Origin: Chrysomallon squamiferum
Taxonomy: Eukaryota; Animalia; Mollusca
Length of the DNA: 64,000 bases
Reading direction: 5' to 3'
NCBI GenBank assembly: GCA_012295275.1
Contig: CM022673.1
Span: 558,001 to 622,000 of the forward strand
Within the stretch, counting starts at the first letter, position 1. Every line of letters begins with the position of its first letter. The position numbers and the translations under genes were made by a program. Below are positions 43,111 to 58,324 of the stretch, piece after piece. The notes under the pieces are model-generated. The model was not told where the DNA came from, searched no databases, and saw only the letters and a list, made by a program, of their open reading frames with translations.

Positions 43111-45055
43111 GCAGTATCTTTAGTATTACTTATTCCTGTATGACTAATCTGGATTATTCAGGAGCTAAGTCATTATCTTATGACCAACAGGTTTAGTCCT
43201 ACAGCAGATATCTACTAGAAGCAAGTAGTGAAACTTTGTGACCTCTATATTCTCTGCTATTTTAAATTAATCTGTGGCATTAGCATAATACTATCATTAA
43301 CAGATAACCCATTCTCCTTGTTTGTATGCCCATAACGAGTAAGCTCGAACCCTCAGTGGTTGTCAATATATTTCAAACATCTAATTGATTATTAAGGTCA
43401 GTAAAATTATGGATGTGTTCTAGTAATAGAAAATTAAATTAAAACATTTTTTAAGCTGATGATTAGAAATAACAAAAATATTTCAAAAACAAACCAGAAT
43501 CATTATGAGTTTTATCAATTGCATCTTCTGATTTTTATAGATATAATTAATTTAAATTTTAATTAAAAATGACGATTAATCAGTGTTTTTTTTTTATATA
43601 TCTTTTATTTTTCTTCTTCTTCTTTAACAAATAAATTTTTAATTTGAATTTATTTATTTCCTTTTAAATAAAATAGACTGATAAACAACAACATGTTCTT
43701 TGTCACAGATTTCAACCCGAAAATAAAAAATAAAAAAGTATTTTTCTTTCTGAATCACTTCATGCAACAATTGGTCAATAACTTGCTTTCAGTCTGGTAG
43801 AGATAATGTTGCTGACAATCTAAATCATGATTACACCTAACTTTTGCTTGAGAACCAAAATTAAAAAGGAAAGTGGGTGACTGTGAAATGCATACTTCCT
43901 TGGCAGACATTGCCTGGCCTAATGATAATTGTCCAGAGGACAGTTCTTGTAAGACAGTTTTGCCCAAACCAATGACCCTCCTAAGCGAAGCTTATTATTT
44001 TTGAAATTCATATGCGTCTAATTTGCTGAAAAGAAAAATGTTCAAACGGCTTTTAGCTCCAACTTCCTGTGCTGAGGAGTTTCCTGGTTGTCTTAAATGG
44101 AAGTAATCGTGATCTTTATGAATCTCAATGCAACTTAACAATCAGGTTTTCTAAGCAAGATGGAAAATGCTTGAGTAAAATTAGCTCCAATTGCTTTGAC
44201 CTGAAGAACGATTTCACAAGCACTCACTTTTGATTGAAAGTTGGTAAAGATGTAATAATAAGCAGAGTTGTTCCTAACGAAGAGGCACTGTTCATTAATG
44301 TTAAAACAAGAAACTCGTTTAATAAGGACTTTATTTCATATGACACATTTCTGTCTGCTTGAAGTCTTAAATTATTTCAGATTTTTTTTTTTTCTTTTTT
44401 TAAATTCTCAAATAAAAATATTATTTAAACGAAGAAAAATGAAAGAAACAAAAAGAAGAAACAGAAAGAATGGAAAAAATATAAAGGCTCTGCTGTTTAC
44501 TTAAAAAAAAAAAAAGAAAGATATTTTATTGTGATAAACAGCAGAAAGTGAAATAAAAGATTTTGTGTAGAAAAAAAAGTTGTCTATGAAATGGATCAAG
44601 AAAGAAAAAAAAAAAGAAAAATCATAATAAGAAAAAAATAAAAACAACTGGAAATTATCATTTTAAAAACAATTATTTTTCAGATCCCTTGTAGATTTTT
44701 GTATTATTAATTTAGTTGAAAATTCAAAGCAGGAACAAAACTAGGAAGAACGAGCAAGTTAAAAAATTCAAAAAGAAAGAAAGAAAAGAAAGTAACAAAA
44801 ATAAATAAATAATGAAATAAAAGATTGAAAAAGGAAGAATAAAAGAAAATGGAAAATAACAAAAATAAAAAAAAAAAAAAAAAAAAAAACTCAATTTAAA
44901 AAGAGAAGAAAATAGCAGATAAACTAAATAGAGTTTTTAAAATCCTGAAACTAGGATCATTACAAAAGGAATACAAAATCAGCATTTTGTCAAGTGTTGT
45001 AATATAAACTGATGACTAAACCATTTGACTGATAACTATAACACAAAAAAGATGC

Positions 45056-45150
45056 AAAAGATTATATTCAGTCTCACAAATCTAGATATAAAAGATTATA
45101 TATAATTTCACAAATACAGATATAAAAGATTATATTACTTTCACAAATCT
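45056..45150. repeat. Three copies of an approximately 34-bp unit (aaaagattatat....ttcacaaatctagatat)
   Basis: Directly visible. Confidence 0.85.
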
Positions 45151-48100
45151 TGAAGAGAAAACTACATGAACAATAAAAGAACACAAAGAATATAGTAACA
45201 AAGTAATCTAGCTTATCTCAACCATTAGTCAGATGACGGCCATAAGGGAGGTAAGTTATGACAGACAAGGAGACCTGCAGACATCAAGAAGCAATGACTG
45301 AAGAGGTGATAAGGTCATTATATGTCTAAACATCCCTGCTCCCGACTGCCACTGTTATACTTACACAATGAATTACAATGTAACACAATGATGTATAACA
45401 TGGAGATCAAAGGGGAAGAGCGTAAAAGTGCTGGATTCCTTTTAACTCTATGGGCCATATCTTTGGGAGGAAAACAAAGCCCTTTTCAGAGGCAAGTACA
45501 ATGCTTTTATGGCTGTTCCATAAACAAACTTTATATGTTAAGCTATCAGGATAGATAAACCATGCCTTGTCTTCCTATCTGCTTCAGAATGGCCCTGTTG
45601 ATTTGGGGAAGTTTGTTGCCAGTCTGCAAGAACCATTATAGGCCGGAACAACAGTGGGTGACATATGGGCATATAATAATTTCTACAAACTCTTGCTGCC
45701 AAAATAAAAATTCCCAATCAAACAATGTTTGAGTGAGAAATGATTACTGCAGCATGAGATTTGGAAAACAAAAATAAAATACAATAAAGTAAAAAAAGAA
45801 AGAAAGAAAAAGAAAAGGCAGTTTCTTATAATGAAGATGTAGTCAGGTATTTCATGTTTGTTATTTAGTGTATGAGACATACTAATAGGTTAGAGACAGA
45901 GACAAAAACAAAAACAGAGAAAAAAAAGAAGACAGCCAGGCAGAGAAAGAGATAGCATGAGAGAAACAGACATAAAGTTACACAGAGACAGACAGACTTA
46001 TTTAAAGTTCCCATACAAATATGTAGTTTCTTAAAGTTTTTTTCTATCTGATATTAATATCAATTTTCAATTAACATTATTTTCAAACTAAGCATTTACA
46101 AAGATATCTTAAAACTAAAAAATGTAAAAAAAAAAAATATTAAAAAGGAAAAGTAAGAAAAAATAAATTTCAAACATATTAATGCAGGTGTCGTCTGTAA
46201 TCCATAATCTATTGTAAGGTTACTGATTTCAAGCAACATTAACTATGTATTATAAAGCAAAATATTTATTCACTTTTGATGGATTCACTACAGGGGGGTC
46301 ACAAAATAGCTATAAGATTTTAATTCCCCATTTGGGCTTTTCAGGTTGTAACTTTGAAAAGTATTTTAAATCTGTCATGCTGCACATTTCTTTCATTCAT
46401 TTATACAATTCTGAAGATTAAAAACAGTTAATATCTATTTTGTATGCCTGACAAAATATTTTGCATATTTATTTTATCTTTTGCTTGAAAGCTGTGTTTT
46501 AAATGAAAGTGACAGGAAATTTTTATATAATCAAATTCTTATTCTTATTTTCAAAAGTGTCTTCATTACTGAATGTCCATAATGATGAATTAATTTATTT
46601 CAAAGTTAAATATAATAAGAAAATATCTGTGCAGAAAATCTAATTCATAAAGATTTTTTTCCTTATTAAGTTAAACTTATTCATATATGTGTACATAAAT
46701 GTTTGTCACTTTTTGTGATTTTTATTATAACTATTTTGTTATATAATGAAAAATACTCAACCTGAAAAAGGATTTGTATGATACTGGATTAAAATGTTAA
46801 ATTTGTTTTGGGTGGGGCTTTTTTCTGGAACCCACAGCTTCAAATTAACCATCAATTATTTCAATCAAATTATTTCAATCATAGTAACAAATCCCACAAT
46901 CGTTGACACAAAACTTTATTTAAAGAAAAAGGTAATAATAATAATTCAACTTGACCAACAGTATTGGATCCCATGATCTCTGACACAAAGGTAAAGAAAT
47001 ATATATATTACAAAGACGTTTTTGTTTCTAACCTACTGGATAGATATTTGGCTGCTATGCTGGGAATGTTTTGTTGGGACAATATGGTGTTGAATGGGCA
47101 GATCTTCACCACAGAGATGATTACAGCCACACTAAAATATGATGGATTCCACAAAACTGGCATCAATGTTATCAGAACGGCAGCAGGGAGTGGGTCTTTC
47201 ATCTTCACAAAACATTATCAAGTTGAAAAAGATGATGCTAAGCAATGCACGTGGGGACGTAGATTACACTTGAGGAGTTGCTTATTGAAGTCAACTTCAT
47301 GCGAACATTTGATGGGAATCTAAGGCCCATTAACTCAGCCAGTTTTGCCAGATACAGATTAAGCTACTTAGTGAAAACAGGTACAATGATGGGAACAATC
47401 AGCCTCTGAGAACAACAAACTGTATAATGAGCCAGTACTGGTCATAAATGTTATAAATAAGAACATCTAAGTAAAATGATTAGACACAGACATTGCTATT
47501 ATTACTGTAAATTAACTCCATTTTTATTTCATATGTAGATATGAATTAAAAAAACACACACACACAAACACCCTCCCCCCCCAAAAAAACATCTTCAATT
47601 CAAAATGATTTAAAATAATTCAATGAGTTTAATCTTTATTTCTATCACTTTGTATCATTTCCTGTTGTTTTCTCTATATTCCTCTCATATCCAAGTATTA
47701 CCAATATACATTATATGTATCAACTTAAAATAATTTGTATATTTAGTAATAATAATAAGAAAATAAAAATTGTATTTATAAAATGTTGGGAGAAGCTCTG
47801 ATGCAGATCTAAGCATACTGGCTTATTCCAATATTCATGTGTAATAACGATATATAAAATGTTTAAACTAAAACCAAAAAACAGACAACAATCAACACCC
47901 CCCCCCCAAAAAAAAATGACAAAAAACCTGAAACAAACAAGAAAATATATATAATAATCAAAAGAATAATATAATAAATATTATGTGTCAAAATGTCTAC
48001 ATTTAACATATAAAACTAAACAGCTACATCTTCTGAAGTTAATTTTTCCTATCTTCCCTCCCCCAAAAGCCTGATATAAAATGCAGATATTAATATTTCT

Positions 48101-48221
48101 ACTGCAAGATGTTAAATGAACAGATATATCAGATGAACAATTCATCTGAATTGTAAAATTACATTAACAGAGTATTTCTTATAATTTTCAAGTCAAAATT
48201 AACACAGTACCCAGATATATA

Positions 48222-48263
48222 TCCCTCCCCTCCCTCCCTCCCTCCCTCCCTCCCTCCCTCCCT

Positions 48264-48295
<32 letters not shown>
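48222..48295. repeat. (CCCT)n followed by (CT)n polypyrimidine microsatellite
   Basis: Directly visible. Confidence 0.95.
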
Positions 48296-48530
48296 TGCAC
48301 TCTTTTCAACAGGTTTCATCTTACTTAATATAATTCATCTATTTTCTTTTTTCCCAAATATATAATTCATTGACAGGTGTTACATTTCTGAACAGATTTT
48401 TGAAACATCATTTTAATAATTAAATTTTTATATATACTGCATTTCTTTGAAAACAACCTGGGTAAATAAATTATTCAGAAATGGAAATTATACATTAATA
48501 CTGATCAATTTACTGAAGTTGAAAATGTGC

Positions 48531-48567
<37 letters not shown>

Positions 48568-49619
48568 CATTTTAAAAACAATATCATTTTCCAAGATCAA
48601 AAAATTAATTTTATTTTTTTAAATTCTTTTTTACAAAAAATGTTTTTAAACTCTTTCCTCAGAGAAACCTAGTCATGGATATGCATGAAGGAGGTAACAG
48701 GGAGAATAAATGAGAGACAGAGACAAATACACAAACACATACTGAAAAAGTGAATGACTAAGCATATATAAACAAACCATTAAATATCAAAATGTGTGAA
48801 AAATAGAATGAAAGAAAGTAATAGTTAAGAGTCAAAATAATAAATAAAGATATAATAATGATAATAATAATAAGAAGAAGAAGAAGATGAAGAAGAAGAT
48901 GAAGACTATACACAAATATGAAAACAACATTAATTAAAATAATAAAAGGAATAAAGGTTACAAACCTTCTGAAGATCAACATCCATATTTCAGCAATCAG
49001 TGTATCAGTACTGCAGAGAATTTCCAATATTTTACACTAATTTTCATTAATTTATTTGTATTTATATTTTGAACATTAGTCTTCCAAATTGCAATAAATA
49101 AATAAATAAATAAATAACAACAACAACCTAAAGACCAAAAATCCACAAAAGAATAATAATTATTAAAAAAAACAACCCAGAAGAGATAATTTAACTGAAA
49201 TTACACTGAAGTTACAAAGTGTTAATTTTCCTGTCCTAAGCTGTATGAGTTAAGCTCATCATCAAGTGTGCAGTGGTTTTAATGTTACGACAACAGCTGG
49301 TGTGGTCTTACAAGAGGTCAAAGATGTGAAGACATACCCGTTATACAAACAAGCTGATACTACCTCACAGGTATGCCAAACAATGACATATAAACTAAGC
49401 ACTTTTCACTGTCTCAGAACCTATCTTCATGGACAAGCTGATTGGGGATGGACTGTTATCCTGTTCAACCAGTTTTTATTTTTTTATTTTTTTTTTAACT
49501 TTCTTTCATATATTTTTTCTTCTAGTCAAACCTCTAAATTCAAGTTAGGATTGTTTGTTGTCATAAAATGCAATAAGTATTGTAGTAAAAGGATAAAAAG
49601 ATATTCTTCTATTAATACT

Positions 49620-50200
49620 TGAGGTGTATATTGATACACAGTGCAGTAAGTACTGTAATAAAAGGATGTATTAACAAATATTTATACAAGAACAAGATAG
49701 TGAGTGTAGATTTGTTATGTTATTATTAATCAGAGTATTTGATGTTAATAATATGGTATATGTTGACTTGTTAAAACAGTACTGACAGCAAGAGCACACT
49801 AACAAGACAGTATGGGTATATTATGTTAACATTTAGTCAAATTATTTTTCCATTAGATGTTCTGGTGTTAATACAGGTGTGTCTTGACATGTGAATGTAT
49901 GAGAAGATATATTTAAACCAATGGATATTTCTGGTAAAATTATGTGGGTATATGTATGCTAACTTTAATCATAGTATTCAGCAGGATATATTAAAATTAA
50001 CATTATAAAATAATAATGACAATATTAAATTTTTTAAAACATGTTCTCAGTTACATTTTAACTTAATGTTAATAATCCATGTAGATGTCAGATATTTAAA
50101 CATTATATAGACTAATACGTTAAAACAATAATGATAGCAAGGGCTAAGTTACAATAAAGTACAGGTATGTTTGGTATGTTAACATCAATCACAATGAGTA
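49620..50200. repeat. Very degenerate tandem repeat (ggtatat..tgttaacat-like)
   Basis: The motif recurs near 49755, 49815, 49875, 49948, 49984 and 50164. Confidence 0.4.
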
Positions 50201-52135
50201 CATATGGAATCATCTTGGGTAATGCTGACATATAGTAGTTCTGTTTACCTGTTATATATTTCCACAAAGTACTTTTTTTTGTTTAAATTAGTGTTGTGTC
50301 TGTGTCAAAGTATTTATTTATCAATTCATAATATATTCATCACAAAATACTTTTTCATTAGCTCTTTTTTTTTAGCATGCTGAACCATCTTTAATAATGC
50401 AGAGTTTTAGTATCAAATATTAAAGTTGGTTGATACAGGGCTGCCATTTTTAAAACATTAGTACTTATCCTGTATATGGATTCTATCCCAGGAGCTGCTT
50501 AAGGTACTTATACTACATCTTTTTTCAGACTAGTCCTTTGGCACACTAACAGTCTCTGAAAGATAATCCAGTCTCCTTTATCTAACACAGTGGTGGTGTA
50601 TCTGCTTAAGATACAGTGGATAGTTTGGTTAATCCTTCTTAGTGAAGACACTGAGCTATTTCTTGTTCCAGATAGTGCTGGAGGCTGAGGTATGTACTAT
50701 TCTGTCTTGGTATGGAATATAAAAGATCTCTTGCTGCTAATAGGAAAATGAAGGATATTTGTTTTCTCTCATTATTTCATTGGTACTTATCTGTAGGACT
50801 AATAACAATAAACAATAAATTACAAGTGTCATTAAATGAAACATTTCCTTATTTCCTATGCCCAAGACAGACTTGTTTGAGTCTTATTTCAAAATGACTT
50901 GAACAAGCATCAAAGTTAACCTTCAAAAATATAATAATAATAATAACAATAAATAATAATAATAATTATTACTATTTTACTTTCCAATTTATTTCATCTC
51001 AGTGTGATTAAAAACACATAAACTACCTGGGACAGTTTGAACTTTAATTTAAATTCTTATAATTTTGTTTTTATTTTTTTCATTTAAAAAAAAAAAATTA
51101 AACACAAACTATTTAATAAATGTTTTGCTTAAAATTTCTCAACACACTAAAAGTAAAGTTATTGTTTAATAATTACAGTAATAATAACAACAAAGTTAAA
51201 AGAAAACAAAAAACTGGACGGTTTTCTTAATATCATTAACACTGAAGAAATGACTCAGAGAGGAAACGCTTCTGGCGAGCAATTGAAAATATTGACTTGA
51301 TTTAGCACTTTGTTGCATCTTATTGCATAGTACAAAGAAATATCAAACATTTGCAGGAATTAATTGGCAGCTAGATGTCATGATGCACAAGTCGATGCAT
51401 GTCGTTAACATTCTTCAGTGTTTCTTCTTTACTTGATTAACTGATGTTCTGTGTTGCTATTCCAATGCTGAAACAACTGTTGATTTTTAAATATGTATTT
51501 GTTGTTGTTACTATTTTATTATTATTATTGCTGCTGCTATTTGTTATCATCGTTAATGTAATTGTTGTTATTGCAGTTATTATATATTTTATTATCATTG
51601 CTGTTTCTGTTAATAATTAATATAATTTATATCTGGAGTTTACAATGCTTAGCATGTATGAATGATATCCTTTAATAATGTAATTTATAAGTATTTTAAA
51701 AAGGGTGATTTCTTTAATTGATCATAACTGGCATCATGACTGACTCAGTCTTTCTAAGCTTAGTGACTGACATTCTGTCTAGTACATCTATAGTCGGTTA
51801 TACTTAGTTATTACATCACTGCTGAATTTCTTAGACATCTAGGTAAAGTATAGAGACAGAAAGGTAACGTTTATGTTCTTGAAAGTGATGTTTAAATGTA
51901 AGCTTTTATTATCATACATTTTATAGTGTTTGATAATAAACATTAAATTATCAAATTCAATTTTATAGTATTTTTATTTTATTATTATTACTTTTTTTTA
52001 TACATAATGAAAGTATAAATTTTCACTATGTATTTGCATCTCATTAATCTTTTCATAAATTATTAACATATGTAACTTAACACATTTTAGTTATTCAGTA
52101 AACAATATGGTTTTTGTTACTGTTGTTGTTTTAAT

Positions 52136-52136
<1 letters not shown>

Positions 52137-52172
<36 letters not shown>
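52137..52172. repeat. (CA)n microsatellite
   Basis: Directly visible. Confidence 0.95.
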
Positions 52173-52177
<5 letters not shown>

Positions 52178-53327
52178 TACATATAATATTACATTATGCA
52201 TTTCCTGCACATCAGAAAAAGACATATGTATATGTATTCCATAAAAAGCACTTAAAAACTCATATTACAAGAAGCCATTACTATTTTTAATGAAATAATT
52301 ATTTAACAAAAATAAACAATGAAAAGAAGGATAAAAATTGTCAAGATGCATTTTCTTCTTCTTCTGATCAATTAATGTTCCTTTAATCTTTAAATAAATA
52401 AATAATAATTAAAAAACATAATATTATCATGTGGTAGGGATTTAAAAATTTAATTACGTTAATACAACATTGTCACATGCAGCATGTTTTCTGCTACATT
52501 GGTGTGAAATGCATTGACCAAATCCAAACCAAAGTCTGTATTATTGGAATAAGAATCAATAGGAACACTTCAGGTTTCCTAGTAACAATGGGTTCCAAAT
52601 CTTTTTATACAGATCCAGGTTTGTGAATTTAACTGAATCTGACCATGATTTGTAATTACAAAACTTTCACACACAAGGCTCAAATAAGGCTCAGCTAGAA
52701 AAAGAACGAGGTTTGGTGTATAAATATTTTTTGTTCTTCTCTCTTGTTTACTTATTTATTAAATTCTATATAAGTATTCTGAAGAAACTTTGCTTTGATT
52801 TTAAAAATAAAGGGCAAAATCAAACTTTTTAATATATTTATTTTATATTATTATTTTTTGTTTTGTTTTGTACATATTAAAATGATGTTGAGGTGTCTAT
52901 TTTCTTTTTCTCTGCTTATGACAATGTTTATTTGTAATTTGTATTGTCTAAAATTTTTATTTTAAAACATTCTTAAAAAAAAAAAACACTTTTTTAAAAA
53001 CTAAAACAATAGTAAATATTTTTACTGGTATGTCTAGTATATTTTTTCCCCTAATATTTAAACAACAACAACAGAAACATTATCTGTAAATAATTATCAC
53101 AAATAGACTTTCATAATTCTTATTTATCTAGGCTAAAATGCTTTCCCCTCATATATATATATATTTTTTTTAATGAAAAATATTCTGATTTAAAAAAAAA
53201 AGAGTAAACAAAAACATAATTATTATTTGTAATTATTTATGGTCTGCAAATGACAGACACCTTTTCCTAATATTTGTAACTATTTTTTTATTAAAAGTAT
53301 TCTGCAAAAAAAGTATAATAATAATAA

Positions 53328-53360
<33 letters not shown>

Positions 53361-54815
53361 GTAATTTATTATCTGTAATTATTTCTGCTAATATGTGTCT
53401 GTAAATGACAAAGACATGAAGACATTTTATGTCCATAACAATGGGGTTTAGCGGAGATTAAGGAAATACATTTCACCAATCATGAAGCTAATACTGTGTT
53501 GATACCGCAAGGCAACAGAGCCATCATAGCACTATAAATCTACATCTTCTGTGACAACAATCAACAGAGGTGTAACAAATACACATGATTTGTTAGTATC
53601 ATTATTCACATATCAAAACAAGAGAGAGAAGAAAAAAAGTAATGTAAGGATGATGTGCTTGCCAGAAATGTAATCACAGCTTACTTACTAGTTTACTTGC
53701 AGAGTGAATGTTATATTCCTGTAGATATTATTAATGTACTAATGTTACCTATCAGGTTAATCTTCAGTTGATATTAATTCTAATTCTTATAGGAATGGGT
53801 AATAGTATTTTAACATTAGAAATAGGAATGTACACTAATTCTACATTACTATGTAATATACATATTAGAAATAAGAATTTATAAAACTAACAATTCTATT
53901 GCCAAAATATTTTTCTTCATTCAGTTATTTCCCATTCCAATTCACAGTACCACAATGACCAATTTATCAATGACCAAGGCATGATTCCCTGTCTATGGAA
54001 AAGTGGATGTAAAACATGTTTTGATGTTAAGTAAAAGTAAATAAAACATGATTATCTGCCATTCGAGATACTAACCTGAGAAAGCTAAACACAGTCATTT
54101 TCGTCAATATTAAATTTAAATATTTTATAAAAGTTTAAGAATTTTATGGTACCTTCATGGACTTAATTTCAGCAAGAATATGACTTGACAACAATTAGCA
54201 ATTTCATCAATTTAATTGTCAAGCTTTACAATACTGAAAGCAATATGAATCTATGCTCTGAGGTTTTGCATTTCATTATTTTTACCAATGATATTAGCAA
54301 TGGCATCTTTAAAAAACAAAGAAATAAAGAAAAAGAAAAAGAGAAAAATCATTTTCCATTCTGTAGAACTACCATGTAGATGAGCTTTATACATGTGTTC
54401 ATTTATGTCTTATAATGATAAAGCTTTTCTTGTTCATGAGATGGTAATGTACCTTTTGACTGGACAAGTGGCAGAAATAGTTTAGTGATATGATAACATT
54501 GGCACATTAGATAACAGTTAAAAAGATAAAAGGATAAAAAATATTACAGCCAGATGCAATTGGATAGAATGAATTGGAAGAATGAGATAATCAAAATAGG
54601 ATGGACTGATGGATGGATGTATGGATAGGTTGGTGGTAGATAATAGCATTTGTTATGGGGATGGAGGATGTATGGATGAAATAAAATGTATAGAAAGATA
54701 GAAAATTTTCATTCTCTTCGTCAAAAAGGTTTATATTTGTCAAAAACAATGCACAAATCCTTATGCTCTTGTGAAAGAAAACATTATTATTAACTTTTGT
54801 TTTATTTCTCTAATG

Positions 54816-54846
<31 letters not shown>

Positions 54847-54869
54847 GCAACAGTTTAAAGTTTGATGTG

Positions 54870-55510
54870 CTCTCTTTCTCGTTTGAATCCCAATGAAGGC
54901 CTTGCTGAAGATGGAGAGGAGATCAATAGAGATTGGGAAGGATCACAGTAACAATGGGTTTGATTCGGAAGACTGGAATGGGGAGGACATGCGCCTTGTC
55001 TTCCGATGAATACACAATCAACAAACCGAGTCAACACAATGCAATTTAATTGACTCATCAGCCGTGCTATTATCTGAAATTACAATCAATACCCAAATGA
55101 CATTCCAATACACACATCTCGGCCACCAAATAGATAGGCTATTGTTTGCGAGGCAATTAGCAGCACTGATTTATTACGTTTGTGTACCAAGGTTGGAGAC
55201 TGTGAAAAATGCAATTATTGAGCGCACTGTGCTCTGATGGAGACAATCCCCCAAGCTGAAGTGAATCATACAAACTACTGACATAAATGTTTTGCATGCG
55301 AGGCCAGTGATTGAAAATTTTTACAACTTTTTTTCCCTCCCTTCTTTTCTCACACATCTTTTGTGAGCTCGTTGAGAAATGATGTGCATTTCATGTCCAT
55401 TCATCACGGCGATGATCTTAATCGAGCTAACTAAAATATTGACGCCATCAGGAGATTTCCAAACACATAATGATCAACAACGGGAGAAATATGTTACAGG
55501 TCATTTTTCT
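54870..55510. promoter_or_regulatory. CpG-retaining non-coding island, candidate enhancer or promoter
   Basis: 17 CpG in about 600 bp against a depleted background. Contains AACAATG and CTATTGTT (SOX), TGACTCA (AP-1) and TGATTTAT (Hox/Pbx-like) motifs. No credible ORF. Confidence 0.5.
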
Positions 55511-56856
55511 CTGCTGTTGAATTACACAATTCACTAAACCCCAATCTCAGAAGCAGTCTCATAAATATACAAGTTTTGTTGCTGTCAGTAATTCTTTTTC
55601 TTTTTTCTTTTTTTCATCTTAAACCCATCTCTTTCTTTTTTTATTCTTCTTGTTAGCTGATATCAACCATATTAATGTAGATATATTAAATTTTAAATAT
55701 AGTTTCCATTTCCAAATACAATAAGATAAAAGCTTAAAATGTAAAATAAAATAAAATTGCCAGTTTATTAACTCATAATTTGGATAAAAAATGTCTTTGT
55801 CTAAAACTAATTAAAATACATTAGTAAGTCAACATTTGCAGTAAATGATCATCATTAAATCTATCCTAGTTGGAATGGGAAAAAACCTAACTAGTCCTTA
55901 AATGCAAACTGATCCTACAGTTCAACAAATCTTAAAAAAGTAAATGATGATCATGGTTACAATAACAGAGATAAGGGATGGTTACAAAACTATTATTGGC
56001 TTACTGAGATATTAACAGCTGGTATAAATACATAATATATAATTCAATGTTATTGAATATCTTTTAACAAAAAATGAGTATACAGCTTTAACAAGCCAGA
56101 TAAAAATCAGATATTAGTATAAATCTCTTTATTTTCATTGTCGTAATATCAGTATCAATATCAATCTGCAGACTGTCTGTTATCACATTCATTAACCAGT
56201 CTGAAAAGATGAGATTCACTGACTGCAAGCTGAGACAGCAATCTGACAATGACAGGAACTACTAGTAGAGATCTAATAGTAACAATTTAGAATTTATTCT
56301 ATCATTTAATGTACTCTTTGTGCATAAAAAGAAATTTACCAGAGAAGATGAAACAGAGGAAGGTGAGAGAGAAGATAAAGATAGGGGCACAGAATTTGTG
56401 GGGTGCTGGGGAAATGGTAAGATGGGGACAGGAGCAGAGTATGTGTGGTCAGAAAAAGATATTTAGGAGCAAATTGGAAATAAAAAAATATATATAAAAA
56501 AAAAACAGAAGTAAAAAGATTTGGGAAAAGAATACAATAAGGATGAGCAAATGTCAATAGAAAAGAAAGACACATAAAGCTATTATGGTAATAGTGATAT
56601 TGTAAATTAAGTGATGATATAATTCACTCCATTTTTTTTCTGTCTTCTTTATTATAACTGTTTCCTTGTATTTGAAAGTTTGGAATATACAATATGACAG
56701 ATATAAAAGATATCAGGATGAGATTGTAAAATAAGAGATGACATGAATCATTCTTCCCTCCCCACCTCTATTTCTATTTCTCTCATCTTTGTGAATATGT
56801 GCGTGTGCGTGTGTTCTGTGTGCATTATTGGACATAATAAAACCAGAATTCTCAGT

Positions 56857-56858
<2 letters not shown>

Positions 56859-56922
<64 letters not shown>

Positions 56923-56927
56923 TGTGT
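56859..56927. repeat. (GT)n microsatellite flanked by a direct repeat (taaaaccagaatt.tcagta.tg)
   Basis: Directly visible; the flanking motif starts near 56837 and 56947. Confidence 0.93.
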
Positions 56928-58324
56928 TTCTGTTACTGAATATAGTAAAACCAGAATTATCAGTACTGTTTAAAAAATAGTTTTCAGCAAGAACAACAAG
57001 ACAAAAAAATTAATTGCCTGGGTTTCGGTGAACTAACTGAATTCTGTGTTATCTTTCACAAGCAGTGAAAATCTTAACATTTTTAAATCGTTATCTATAT
57101 GCATTTAATCATACTGACTGCCAGCTTTTGTTTATATCAAAGCACTTTCTAAGTTGTTTATATCAATGCACTTTCATTTGTGATCAGTCAAGTTTCCATA
57201 TTAAAGTTTGTTGTTTATTTTAAAACCCATAAATCATGCAGTCAGTGTTTGCATGACCACAGGGGGTACTGCTTATGTTTTAAATATTTCATAATCATAT
57301 GTATGCATGAATATGAATATATATACATACAGACCTACATACATACAAGCCTGTGTGTGTGTACACTATAGTATTTGTATTTGTATGCATGCATGTACCT
57401 GTGTACATGTTTTTAATTAATATTTTAATTAATGCTAACACTGACACATTGTTCATTTTACAAACTATAATAAAAAAAATCAAGTAAAATGTTGCAGTAC
57501 AATTCTAATAAAATATCAGAAATATTTCACAACAAATAATTAAGTAAATAAAATAAACATACAAGAATGCAAATTTAGGTATACTTTGATTTAATGATTA
57601 AAAATATTCCTGATAAGAACATAATTGAAAAATAAATAATCAAATAATTTCATTAATCAAGTAATTAAATTAAATAACAAAACAATAAAAACATTCCATC
57701 ACACTTTGACATTTCTGACAATCTGAGATGGGATATTTTAATAATCTTTCCTTGTTTTTTCTGAAATATATTATGAAGGTTCTAAAAAATAATAATTCCC
57801 TAATGCATTCCCTACAATGGAACATGCAGTCCTTTTATAGCTGACAGAAAACAAAGAAAGTTACAAATGACCACTCTGACCTTGACTTTGTCCTTTGAAC
57901 TGCTTTCAGAATGGGATTGCAGGGTATGATTGATCTAGTATTATTAGTTACTGGGATTCCCAGCAGACACAGATATTGGACATTTCATAATTTAATCTCC
58001 TATCTGTTTAGTCTGAATGATATTCCTTATTTTAATTTTTATTACTTAACTATTATGATGATGATGATGATTATTTTTAATTTTATTGTTGTTGTTGTTA
58101 TATTGTGCTTGTTCTTGTTTTTATTTGATTAGTTAGGGGTTTTATATACATACACTACTTTATATATTCACTGAACATTGAAACCATGTCTATCTTGGGT
58201 ATATAAGCCAGGAACACTGGCTGCTTGCCCAAGACTGTATTAGTATGTAAAAAAATATACAAAAATTAAAAGTATATAATAATTATTAAAATTTACAATA
58301 AAAATATTATAGAATTCAGTAAAT

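Noticed and set aside
46289-46838. Possible second Tc1-type MITE starting TACAGGGGGGTCACAAAA
   Set aside because: The partner end matches only about 14 of 21 bases and lacks the TA duplication.
46964-47323. 119-aa ORF in a complex island
   Set aside because: Non-ATG start, no recognisable domain in the frames examined, and no clear splice context. Kept only as a composition island.
51241-51270. Hammerhead-like CTGAAGA...GAAAC
   Set aside because: Stem II does not abut the core, and no stems I/III with a cleavage triplet were found.
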